This document shows, piece after piece, positions 1 through 11,590 of a DNA stretch of 64,000 nt. Numbering within the stretch: position 1 is the first letter of the stretch; every line of letters starts with the position of its first letter. Below the pieces are notes generated by a model, which worked only from the letters and a program-made list of their open reading frames with translations, was not told the DNA's origin and did no database searches. The translations under genes were made by a program, and so were the position numbers. The stretch comes from Cenococcum geophilum (Eukaryota), in assembly GCA_050273025.1 (NCBI GenBank), contig CP158635.1:26412001-26476000 (forward strand), in the 5' to 3' direction.

Positions 1-284
1 AACGATAACGGGTAGGACTACGGATGCTTAGTTGTCAGCCCTTCCTTCCTTTTTGTAAATGTCGCCAGTATCTATATAAGTAGAGGTTGTAAATCGTATT
101 ACGCGCAGAGCGTATGCGCTAGGGGCCGCATGGCGTAGCGTAGGTCACCCGACCACCTATGGCCCGATAGATAGCCCGACCTTTACTACCCCTTTCTTTC
201 TCTTTTAGTAGATAAGACAAGAACATGAATAAAGAACCAGTTACCTTATATTGCAATTGCAGTACCCCCCAGGTAATACCGATA
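1..284. mobile_element. Terminal part of an unrelated LTR (or other element) inserted into the Copia copy; truncated by the window start
   Basis: Homology to the second Copia copy (reverse complement of ~44790 downward) begins abruptly at ~283. The upstream sequence is unrelated, has a TATA-like tctatataag and ends ...ccgata, a possible RIP'd CA terminus. Confidence 0.45.
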
Positions 285-3200
285 TAAGGTATACCTAGGA
301 AGAACGTAACAAGTCTAAGAAGAGATTTAACAATTAGATTAACTAGTTTATCTTAAACTATAAAGGAGAGGAAGTAGAGAAGTCTCTTAACAAGTTAATA
401 GAAGCCCTTATAATTAACTTTAATTTAGATATTTAGGAATAGGAGACCTTAGAGATGTTCCTAACTACTTTTAGACCTTTTACGGACGGCTAAGCCTTTA
501 ATATTACGACCGTATTAGCTAACTGCTCCTTTATACACTTAATTGCACCTAAAAACTAGCCTATAAGTATACCTATTAGACCTATTATAGATATTACGGA
601 CCGCGAATAGGATCTATTTGCATATATTACCACTAAACGCTACACCCCTAAAGAATTTTACGGCGTTATAATTGATATAGGTGCCTCTAAGAAGTCTACT
701 ATAGGTTACGGATAATACCTTATATATAAGACCACTATAAATAATAATACGGACATTAATACTATATAAACTGGGGCCGTAAACGTCTAATTTAGCATTA
801 GCTTAACTGTATTAATTAGATTAGTTAAAGCTAAGACTCTAATTAGCCTAGTTAACTTCTATATAGTAAAAGCGGACACCCCTTTCCTACTCTGCTTTGC
901 GGATATAGATAGACTATAGGTTTACTATAACAATATTACGGATACCCTAATTAGCCCCGCAACTGCCCTAAGAAGTAAAAATATTACCCTACTAATTATA
1001 CGACGATTTAGACACCCGTTTCTTATATAGGGAGAGACTTTACAGACCTATATTTAGGAATCTTTTGACTATAACCTATACTACCTCACTAGTACGGAAA
1101 TCTACTTCCTGTACCGCCGTTTTGGCTACCCGTTAGCTAAAAAGCTGTATAGAGTTCTTAAACGTTCTAGATATAACAACGTTAATAAGAAGGTAATTAA
1201 CTACCTAACTAAATACTGCTCCTTCTGCTAGAAATATGGACGTTCCTTAGGCCAATTTAAGTTTACTCTTTATAAAGACCTTAATTTTAACTACTTAATA
1301 TACGTAGATATTATGTATATTAACGGCAGCCTAGTATTATATATAATTAATAAGGCAACCTGCTATTAAGCCGCCCGTTAGTTGTAAAATATATTTATAA
1401 AATATACTTAGGACATTTTACGGACCTTCTAGATTAATATATACGTTAGACCCCCTAAGTATATTACCTATAACGCTAGTAAAAACTTTATTAGTAAGGA
1501 ATTCCAATAGTACGCTACGGCTATAGCTATTTTAATAAAAGCCATTCCAATTAAGGTGCACTAGTCTATTAGGCTTATTAAGTAAGCTTACTTAGCTCTA
1601 CGGAGAGCTTACTAGATTATTACGGACGAGTGTAAGGATATTTAAAAGGAACTGGCTTTATAGATGGCCGTAAAAGCTATTAATAACACCGCTAGCCCTA
1701 ACGGGCTAGTACCTACCCTCTTAGTTTATAGAGCCTACCTAAGGATAAGTAACCTAGGCCCTTTTACCCTATCTATTACGGAACGAGCAGCTATAATACG
1801 GAAGGCAATAGCCGAAATAGTCAAATTACGGGCTAAATAAACTGTTAATAACGCTCTATACTACCGTAACGGACCTAATACAACCTTAGTATATAACCTC
1901 CCGCTTAATTCTAAAGTCCTTATATAGCGTAAAAGCGGTAATTAGACTAGACCTTACCGTCTACTAGCTGTAGAAGACGAGACCTGCTATATATAGCTCC
2001 CTAGCGGACTAACAAGCTTTAGAAGCACGTCCGTAAACCCCTATTTTTGGTCCGAAAATACCCATAATATTAAGCCAGACGAACTAGAAGCACCCGCCGA
2101 ATTAGGTAAACTAGAAATACCCGCTAAATTAAATAAATTAGAAGTACCTTTACCTACCCTAGAGGTCCCCTAGAAACCTACTAAACCTATTAAACCTACC
2201 GTAAAGCGTGGCCGAGGACGCCCCCGTAAGAACCCTATAATAGAGAATTACTTAACCTCCACAGGTATATCCGTAAGGCAATCTCCGCCTATAAATATAT
2301 TAGTTCTAGTATAGGAAACCCCTTTTACGGACTTATAACGCAAAGAGATTAATGGACTACTTAAAAAGGGCGTCTTTGCGGTTATAATAGAGAAAGACGT
2401 TCCGTAAGGCGTCCGTATATTTAACTTACGCTTTATTAACGAAATTAAGCACCCTAGTATTAATAAAGACTTTAAGAAATTAATGCTTATTATACAAGCT
2501 TATAATAACTAGGGAAAGGGTTTAGTCCTTATACAATTACCTACAATTTAACGAGTTAGTTAATGGATTATACTTACACTTACGCCTGGATTATAGTAAA
2601 TTAAACCCATAGCCTTTTACTTATAGGACATTTTATAAGCCTACGTGTAGTCCAATACCTACCTAAGTAGGTATATATTTATACGACCACCCCATAAGCT
2701 TAACCTATAACTAGAAATAATTTTATAGGTCGTAAAACCTCTTTACGGAGTACTAGAAGCCGGAAACTATTAGTTTAAAATATACTACTAGCATTACGTT
2801 AGTAAACTTAAAATAGAATAGTTGACCTATAACCCCTGCCTCTTATATACCCCATTAAACGGCCTTAGCATTATTAGACTTTAAACTAATAATACCCTCT
2901 TTCTAGCAGACTAAACCTTTGCGGATGCTAAAGAAACTAAACTATAAAAGGTAAAGTTCTTAGTAAAGCCGTAAGAGTAGTTAACTAAGTAGACTCTAAT
3001 TAAGTTTAATAAAGGCTTAATTATATAAAAGGGCAACCTAATTAAGCTAACTTAGGAACGCTAAGCTTAAAACCTAAAGCCTATTATAGTAAAACCTACG
3101 GACCTTACTAGTTCCCATAAAGAGACCCGTAAGACTATAAATATAAAGAACTAATACGCTGTATAGCGTATAAGAGGCGCCTATATTGCTATAGTCTGTT

Positions 3201-4354
3201 AACCTAAATCTACCTATAATCTGTCCTTTACGGCCTAGGTAGTAGACCTATAAAAAAAATGTTAAGTAGCTTAATAAGCGCATTTAGTAGCAAATTAACA
3301 ATATAGCAAGGGGACTTACTTTTATACCACTAGACCTAAATTCCCTTAGCCTACTAGTATTTATAGATATATCTTTTACTAATAATAAAGACCTATTATT
3401 ATAAATCGGCTTTGTAATTATACTTACGGACTATAATTAGGACGTAAATATACTGCACTAGTCTTTAATTAAGTGCAAATAAGTAACCTATAGTGTACTA
3501 GCTTATAGATTTAATATAGCAGCCGCAATTAAATTAACGGTCTAGAAGATTCTATAACTAGAGCAGTTACCCCTAGTTTTATATACTAATTTAAAGTCCC
3601 TTTATAACTGCCTAGTTAAACTAGGTATAATATAAAAGAAGAGGCTTATAGTCGACCTAATATGCTTATATTAGGCCTATAAACGACATAAAATTATAAA
3701 GGTTAAATAGATTAGCAGCGGAGACAACTTAGTAGACGCCATAACTAAGGCAAAGCTGTGTTAAGCTCTTAAAACCCTAATTAATATAAACAAGCTTAAC
3801 CTAAAGGTTATAGAATAGGTAGAGCAAGACTAACGGAGCATTTATAGTTTAGTTACGGCCTATTAAAAGGCCGTATAGTGCATTTACGGCCCGTTAAAAG
3901 GCTGTATAGTTCATTTTATAGACCGTAAGCAGGACTTACGGCTAGCTTAGAGCACTATTTAGAAGGTAACCTAGAAGGCACCTTAGGAGGGATTTCCTAT
4001 ATATTTTCTTATGTGTTTTATAGTTCTATTAAAACAATTACGGAGGCTATATATAAGTGGTTTTATTTTCTAAGTACCGCTAGTATATAATTACAGCACC
4101 TATTATACCAACCGCGTGCTTACGCGTTCGGTACACCAAGTATATATTTACGCATTTGGTGCACTAACTACCTACTTACGCGTTTAGTGCACTTCTAAAG
4201 CACTAACTAATTAGGGGTGAGGCGCATTAGTATATAGACTATATAGTCTGCTTTATACAATTAACAGTTACCACCATCCTAAAGAGCATATAATACTATA
4301 CGTATTTCGTGCCCCGGGATATAACTTACTTATACCATTAAGTTGGTATAAACA
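283..4354 (+). mobile_element. RIP-inactivated Ty1/Copia LTR retrotransposon (copy 1): PR-IN-RT-RH and 3' LTR
   Basis: Degenerate motifs in Copia order: FYGVIIDIGASKKST (~657, protease D-T-G), RRFGYP (~1115), KPLYGVLEAGNY (~2735), L*TNNTLF = LQTDDTLF (~2880), RNase H region ~3360-3750. Many TAA/TAG stops. Colinear with 34170-46823 on the opposite strand. Confidence 0.9.
4084..4354 (+). repeat. 3' LTR of Copia copy 1 (271 bp)
   Basis: Matches the reverse complement of LTRs 34170-34390 and 46603-46823 (221 bp), with extra copies of an internal tacgcgtt(c/t)ggtgcac-like unit. Ends in ...aaaca. Confidence 0.85.
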
Positions 4355-4973
4355 ATAATAATAAGATATAAATTAATAGTATACTAAAAGAGCTAAAAAT
4401 ACTATAATATTAATCGGTGTAGAACTTTAGCTAAGAACTTTAGCTTTAAAATTAATAGTAATAATAAGAAGTAATAGGTAATAGTAAAGGAAACCGCGTT
4501 CTCCATTATTAACCATAGCGCGCCTATATAATTTTTTTTAATATAAATAGCGTCTAAATTCTTAATTAAAATTTACAAGAATGTATATTATAAAATAGTA
4601 AATATCAGGGATCGGGTCCATCGGGGCACCGGTGGTGGCTTGCGCACGGTATCTGGGCATTCTGCACTTTAGAAGCTCCCCTCTTATCGTTTCAAAGGGC
4701 TCACAATATTTCAGCTCGCGATCTGGAGACTGGGCAAGAAGTCGCCCTGAAGCTCGGACATGTTGGGGTAGGTATTTCTTGTAGCCTTTAACTAGAGCCA
4801 TTTCCCCACCTTGGTTAGATGCACTGTATTGCATTATTCAGATCCCAAACCCCATTCGAACTTAACTCTTCTCCGCTCCGGCTTCACATTTCCTATTCAT
4901 TCTCTAGCTTTGCCATTTTCTAAAAAAAAAAAAATTGGGAATATTTCTTTTAGAAGGGGTCCACACTTACACG

Positions 4974-5951
4974 ATGCCTCTCGAAACCTACGGTGTTTGG
5001 GTAGGCTACCCAAGGACTTACGAGGCAGAAAAGGGCGGCAATACTCCACACCTCCAGCTTCGCTTCGATGATAACCAAAATACCGTAAATGGAAAATTCA
5101 GGGCCGCTATCAACATCAAGTCTTCGACCAATGAGTCTCGTCTGGTATACTGGTTCGTAAGGGACCTCAAGAACCCCATCACGAAAAATCTTGCTCCACT
5201 CGAGCCCGGTTGGCACGAACTCAAAATTCACGACCTCCCCGCGCTAGACTATATTCGCGGCAACCTGATCAACCTCGAGGACGGGACCATCCTCAATCAC
5301 AATCTCCCGGGTGAGAATAACGACATCATCGACTTCATCTCCCCCGTCCTCACCGAAGCCATCCGCCGCAAAGCTACAATCTACCTCTTTGGGGAGCCGT
5401 TTCCCGGCGGTATCCACGACGTGCACATGAATCAAGGCAATGAAGGGCGTTTCGCAAAGTCCAACGGCGTTTGGCAGGACGGCGGCATGTTGCTCCATTT
5501 CCCCGATGACGATCATTGGGAAGGTATCTTCCTGGCATTCGCCGTTCAGAAGGTTCACACGGACGGCAGCGGCGATCCCATCGACGACGTGAGCTTCGTT
5601 GACATAATTCAGCCTCCAGCCGTCATGGTGATTATCCGCGCTGCGCTCGTCAATCCTATCGGTCCGGATGTGGATCCTTCCGGCCAGTCGGAGGCGGTGT
5701 TCCTCGTCAACAACTCGTCGTCAGATATCCAGTTAGATGGATGGACCATCCAGAATCGCAACCAGGACACTCAAGCTTTGAGTGGCTTGTTGCCGACGCA
5801 TAACTCCAGAACTTTTCAGGTTCCAGACTGTCCACTGACGAATAAGGGAGGGTCAATCACGTTGATCAATGCAGCTGGGTTGAAGGTGGATGAGGTGAGC
5901 TATACAAAGGCGCAGGCAAGGCGAGAGGGTAATCTAGTGTACTTTCACTAA
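4974..5951 (+). CDS. DUF2278 (YukJ-like) protein with C-terminal lamin-tail (LTD)-like domain, intronless, ~325 aa
   Basis: ATG at 4974 (MPLETYGVW). DUF2278-type motifs LDYIRGNL, GIHDVHMNQGN and NGVWQDGG. LTD-like C-terminus AALVNPIGPD..E.V.LVN..LDGWTI..LTNKGGSITL..VDEVSY. Confidence 0.85.
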   Translation: MPLETYGVWVGYPRTYEAEKGGNTPHLQLRFDDNQNTVNGKFRAAINIKSSTNESRLVYWFVRDLKNPITKNLAPLEPGWHELKIHDLPALDYIRGNLINLEDGTILNHNLPGENNDIIDFISPVLTEAIRRKATIYLFGEPFPGGIHDVHMNQGNEGRFAKSNGVWQDGGMLLHFPDDDHWEGIFLAFAVQKVHTDGSGDPIDDVSFVDIIQPPAVMVIIRAALVNPIGPDVDPSGQSEAVFLVNNSSSDIQLDGWTIQNRNQDTQALSGLLPTHNSRTFQVPDCPLTNKGGSITLINAAGLKVDEVSYTKAQARREGNLVYFH

Positions 5952-6404
5952 GTGCTGCCAATTTTTGCTTGGGACAGGCGCTAACTTTAGCTCTTTCAAC
6001 CTAAATCGGTCGTCGCGTTAATGTACCGAGTTCATTAGTTAAGACAAAGTTGCTCAGCAATCTAATTACCATTCCCCAGAGCGCAGAGATAACAGGCAAG
6101 GGCAGGATTTGTGCATTTCGCTAGTTTCGTTTCAGGCTACTAAAGGCAGTAACGATTAACTCACCATTAAGAAGAGATATGAGTAGAGTAGATATTAAGC
6201 CTTGAGGCTATTAGCTGCCCTCTTTCTCACGCGTACGACTCAAATTCTATGTATCTCTAGCGACACCCCAACTACCCAAAAGAAATATAGCGGACTAAAT
6301 AGACCAAACCGCCAACCCAAACCTCGCCTAGGACATACTATTGATATACATGACTAACTCCCACCCCCCTTTGGCAAGCGCCCCAAAACCCCAAATTTGG
6401 TATA

Positions 6405-6530
6405 ATGTAGGTGATAAGGTTATAACAGTCGGCATAGTTATGACAATTCTGAACAAATTTCGTCTATGCGCAGTTTTGATGTTCCAAACCGTCATAACTA
6501 TGCCGACCGTCATAGCCCTATCACCTATGT
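6405..6530. mobile_element. 126-bp pogo/Fot1-type MITE (hairpin), TA TSD
   Basis: ~50-bp inverted arms (a[t/c][g/a]taggtgata.gg.tat.ac.gtcggcatagttatgac...) whose first ~40 bp differ only by transitions. TA at 6403-6404 and 6531-6532. Consensus terminus ACGTAGG is typical of fungal pogo-like TIRs. Confidence 0.75.
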
Positions 6531-6627
6531 TACTATAGCTTGGCTTTAAAGATCTTTTTTCTATAATCTCTTTATATAAATACAACTATACTACAAGCGC
6601 CATACGAAATCATGGGATTAAACACCC

Positions 6628-7521
6628 TTAAATATGCGTCCTCCCCTTGTGGGTACTCAAAGGTCCCCTCTCCGCAAGTACCAATGGCCCCACCCACTTT
6701 TCCTGGCCTTCGTCATCCTGAACTTTATGTACCGTAGCGCCCATACCCGTAGCATGATAATTGACATAGACATTTTCCCACGCACCGTGCGGCGCCTCGT
6801 ACACCTCATGGCAGATTGCCAGATGACGATGCTCCTTGACGGTCGCGTTCCACCAGTTCCAGCCCTCGCGGTGGACAGGACCATGCGCGAAGGCCTCGAC
6901 ATTGGCCAGCGAGCGGAAGTAGAAAGTAGTCATGAGCTCCGATTTCGTGGTGCGTGAGTTGCCTAGGTAGGACGTGGAGCCGAGGAAGCCGTTGGTCGCG
7001 GCGTTGGTTTCGAGGTCCTTGACCATGCCATTGAAATGGGTGCCAATTTCACGGGAACCGGGCGAGAGGATACCAAGGGGGCTGGAGAAGATGTTAGTGT
7101 GGGGAAGGGGTGGGGAAGGGGAGATGAAGTCTTACTGGTTGGTTCGGAAGCCTAGCAGGAGGACTGCAACCTTGCCGCTATCACTGTCTGGTGCTCGGGC
7201 GTTGAAGGAGCCATCAGGCTGGGGTAGAAGGGCTGTGACTTTGGTGCCAATAGTCCCGTCCAAGTACGAGTTCCGCCTCCAACCCATGGATACTGAGATT
7301 GTATCGAGGAGCTGAAGGAGAAGAAGAGTGAATGTTGGGACAACAACGTAGGTTGGCCGTAAGGGAAGAAGTATCAAGAGACTCTGGGCAGCTGCGCCGA
7401 GCAGAAGCCAGGTACCCAGAGTGAATTGGTCGCGGACAAGATTGTGGAGGAACGCAGCAAAGCTACGTGTATTAGCGGGTCGCGAAGTTGCGGAAGTTGC
7501 TGAAAGTGGTACAAAGCGCAT
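6628..7521 (-). CDS. DUF4188-family putative heme monooxygenase (Af470-like); 2 exons: 7521-7136, 7081-6628
   Basis: The 54-nt intron gtaag...ctaac...cag joins LLGFRTN-HPLGILSPG. Motifs GFLG, YFRS..VEAFAHGPVHREGWNWWN and ICHEVYEAPHGAWENVYVN. Hydrophobic N-terminal segment. Confidence 0.8.
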
Positions 7522-8131
7522 TTTCAATGAGTAGAGAACTGCTTGTTGGTATTGATGTAGTAGCAACGGATGCAATTTTGATGATTGGTAAGAGCTATGG
7601 AGGCCGGTAGTGTGTTGAAGGCTTGTAGTCTATGTTGATTATGACCTCCGACATGATAGAATGGTCTCTGTTATATAGAGACCCTATCGCGATCATGGCA
7701 GCTGAAGAGAGAGACAAAGTGAAGCCGAAAGGCGCGATCGGATAGATGGGAATCCTAGGAAATGGTCGTAACGGCCGACTTGATGGCAAGCGATGAGGAG
7801 CACTGACGTATCGGCCTTACCATCGCTAAGCGAGCCCGAGTCACAATCGCTAAGCGCGCCCTATGGACATGCGGCCGTAATTTTGACAGTATTCGACACT
7901 AGTAGAACAACAACAATGCTCCGACGGCAGAGAAATGAATCATGCCAAGATTATTTTCGGCAATGCCCGGAGCAACACGTAAAACAGATCAATAGCAGAA
8001 GACTTTATTGGATTCTTACGTGACCATGCCCTACCTGTTCAAAGTCCGTCAAATTTGTGAAAGGTTATTTTTCATTCTGCAGCAAACTCCAAGAATCGCA
8101 CCTAAGCACCGGTTTCCGATGATTCTCCCGA

Positions 8132-9664
8132 TCACATCCTCGCCACAACCTCCTCTATCCTAGGCCAAAAAGAAGCGGGGAGCTGTCCACCCAGCCAATA
8201 ATTTCCAGCAGCATCCTTTCCAAAAATGGGAAATGCATTCCGCGAGGAATATCCGTTTACGAATCCGTTCGCATGCAAATAGGATGGCTGACCGAGTGGA
8301 GTGGCATGCTTTTGCACCGGAATACCCTCTTTAACTACTGCAGAAGAAAAGTCAATCGAAAAGAATCTTCTCTTGTTCCAGTTAGAAAGACGACGAGTTG
8401 ATTGCTCGAATCGCCGAACATTGGGGCACGTCCGATCGTAGCTGTCAGTTTCTAGTGGAGAGCTACGAAAGCCTCAACATGGCTCCTCGTGCCCTGTTCC
8501 TGGATGGGCCGTCGAATTTGCGAAGCTACACAGCTAAGTGGCTTTTGGAAGATCTGGTAAGCAGGAAGAGAGGTGTAGATTACGCCCGACAAATTGGACA
8601 TGGAGGCGGTGCCCGACGGTATGACATCCTTGGAGAGCGCGGTTCTGAGATCAAACGCGTTCATAATGAGGACCGTTCTGCTCGACGTCCGAGACATATT
8701 CTGGATCGCCAGCCGGGTCCACCAAGCGCAGATGATGTCTCCGTCTCTAATAAAAGGGTTTCTCTCGCTCTTGCTACAGGTCACAAGTTCGTGTATGGCG
8801 GTCTGCTTCATTTGTTGAAGATATGAGGACAGTAGGCACACAATACGCTGTTCATCTTTTCGCCACCATAGCAGGTCAAATACATAACGCACGACAAAGA
8901 CAAAGAAGCTGAGGCCTTTCAGCTGGCGGTCGGCAAGCACATGTGGTTCGATTGGAGAGGAGTCACCCAGATTGGCTACTGGGTCCACGTCAAAGCCATA
9001 AAAGGGAGGCAATTGATCTTCCTGACCCCAAAGGACAAAGTCCAAATATTGAATAAAGCCCTAAGCCCCATGGCATCGAGAAACGTGTGTGGCCAAGTTA
9101 CTGAAACGGGGGTGGCATCTTCAAAGAGACAATTTGGATAGACAGCTGCGGTTCATCTGAGTAGAGATAATCGTCAAGTTTCTTCGGAGTATTCGATTGA
9201 CGAGCAAGACAGTGGAACTCAGCTGTATCGCCTTGGATTGTTGGACGGTTGCTCACCTTCGGCAACCGAGAAGCGAGCGGTGGTCCTCTATGCTTGTGTC
9301 GTATGTGATGTGATGGTACCTGAAACCTGGTCTCTCCTCGTCGAATTTTGCGGGGACATGGTATTTCAGCTTCCCCGCATCCTAAGGCGATTCTAGTCAG
9401 CTATTCAGACTATGAGATGAGCGCGATTGCATATCATCTTACATTCATACGGAGCCGCGCACCAAGCTTTCTCCAATTTCCCAACTCCACCAGTCTTACC
9501 AATGCCAAACGCATCTTCTCGTGATCTAGCACATCGTCAAACCGCAGGGTGATATCCAGCACAAAAGCTCAATGAGACGGACTGTTGTCAAAGTGGTGGA
9601 GTGGGATTATTGTCTCTGTTGGGATTGTTGCCGGCCTGACAGGCTTTGCGCAGAATAATCCCAT
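8132..9664 (-). pseudogene. Pseudogene of a CoA-dependent acyltransferase-fold protein (fungal transferase-type family)
   Basis: ATG at 9664 gives MGLFCAKPVRPATIPTETIIPLHHFD. In-frame TGA at 9571-9569, then LRFDDVLDHEKMRLAL..WRKLGARLR and an intron. HxxxD motif HTFLD (~9085) and FFSIDFSSAVV near the C-terminus. Frameshifts near 9280, 9045 and 8390, and a stop at 8452. Confidence 0.75.
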
Positions 9665-11590
9665 TGTTTTTAATATAGGTTAAAATACGCTATATATATG
9701 ATGAAAAAAATGGTCTCCAAAAGCCAGATCTCTTAAGTGAGCTCCTAATCTCCCGCTGTATGTATCCTCCACGGGTTTAAAAAAAGGTGGGACAAGCTCC
9801 AGGTCCTTCGTAAGAGTCCGCTGGTGAAAAAGTCCGTGCCCTTGTAAGGTTTGGTAGGACTTTTACTTGTTTTACGGTTGCCTCGCAACAGGGCTTGGCA
9901 AATTAGTTCAGGGTATGCTCACAGCACGGACTTGTTAACCAAAGATTTGAAGTTTTCGCAGAATAGTAACAAACACTCTTTGTATGTAAATGGCAATTCT
10001 AGCATTTTACAATTATTTATATACCTCTGGATGCTGCGGATAGCGAACATTGCGTTGTTTTGCGGCGTCGGTGCGGGAACGTTGTTGCCTAGCTTATTGC
10101 CAGGCCTTCGTGCTGCCATTAAGAAGCGGACATGTTGCTAACCTGGGGGCCAGAACAACGCCTTAATCCGAAGGGTATCTCTAAATGACACCGGTAAGAG
10201 TGAAAGGCTGTACTGTCGTGTGATAAGCTGCTGCTAGACAATAGTGACGATGTTCTGTTGCCCGGCCCACCGAGAGGAGACCTCTGCACTTCTTTTCTCA
10301 AGGCAGCGGACGAACTGCTATTTGGCTTACTGTAGCTTCCACCTTCGCCTATGTCCCGGCCGGTCATTCTAACCTTGCCTTCCGCCAGAGGCTGAGAGCC
10401 CTGCATCCTGCTGCATCGCTTTCCCCGGATGCATTCGATCTTCTCTTATGCGTCAATCGAACGCTTTACAGATAACAGCCCTTTGGAGATTCTCACGGCT
10501 TTATCCAGTTCCCGTCTCTTGACCAACAAACCTCACTTACGGCATTCGCCTCAAAATCCATCTGAATGTTACGAAAGACTCGGTGTTAATCATGTATTCA
10601 ATCGTCATCAAGGACTTGCTATTTGATTAAGCACAGCCCGGCATTATACCTCTTAGCCCCTCAAATTATTTCCTCCTTTCAGTCCAAAGCCAAGCGGCGG
10701 TCACGGTGGGCGTTGTTTGTGGCCGACGGCATTGTCAGTTCAACCACAAGGGCCTGACTGCCCGACATCTTCTAATTCGCAATTAGATCGTTTCGTTTCG
10801 GCTCCCAACCTCAGCCTTCTTAACTGCTGTACAAGCATCACAATACAACTAGCAGCCGTAACTTTGCGAGAAGTTGCTTGTTTGGCCTGTCCATTTTCAA
10901 ATAAAGTTTTCGTTATGGGTGCCGGCATACCTAACACTTCCTCTTCACGCTCGTTTTCAAGTCTACTCGATGTAATCGACCAGGCTCAAAGTGCGCACTT
11001 AGACGTAGCTCTCTTCGTAAGAAACTGTACAAATATGCGTGCACACTCGATGTGGCAGGCAGATGGTACGAGCTCTCTAGTATAACGCAAATGGAAAACA
11101 TGGATCACTACCAACTTCCAACGTTTGAAAGGACAATGCTCACAAATAACATAAAGCTTTGGACGCTATCTTCAAGTGATGATATCTACAAGAACATAAT
11201 CTGAGGTCTGGTTTGAGAATCAATGAATTACACCGTTATTGACCAAAATCTCTCAGAACATTTACCAATGATAGCAATTTGAAACGTCGTCCCAGTACTA
11301 AATAATATGCCTTCCATATCGCTGCGATTAACCAAACCCCCCAGACAGCTCGATGCTGAACCTCTCGCTCTCTGAAAAGCATCTCTCCTCACCAATCTTA
11401 ATAGAGCACTCGTTACCCTTATTAGCAATAGCGTTAAATAACATCTTAAAATCGCGTGGGAATCTAGGAGACTATTCTATTATTACGCGGTACGTTAGCC
11501 ACATCTTTGATCTTGGTCAATAGGTATTGTAGTTGACGATCATTCTAGGTAAACATTGAATGACGTTTGTTCTTTACACGTACCTTGACG

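Noticed and set aside
9900..11100. Short minus-strand ORFs, possibly a decayed gene
   Set aside because: No recognisable motif or consistent splice model.
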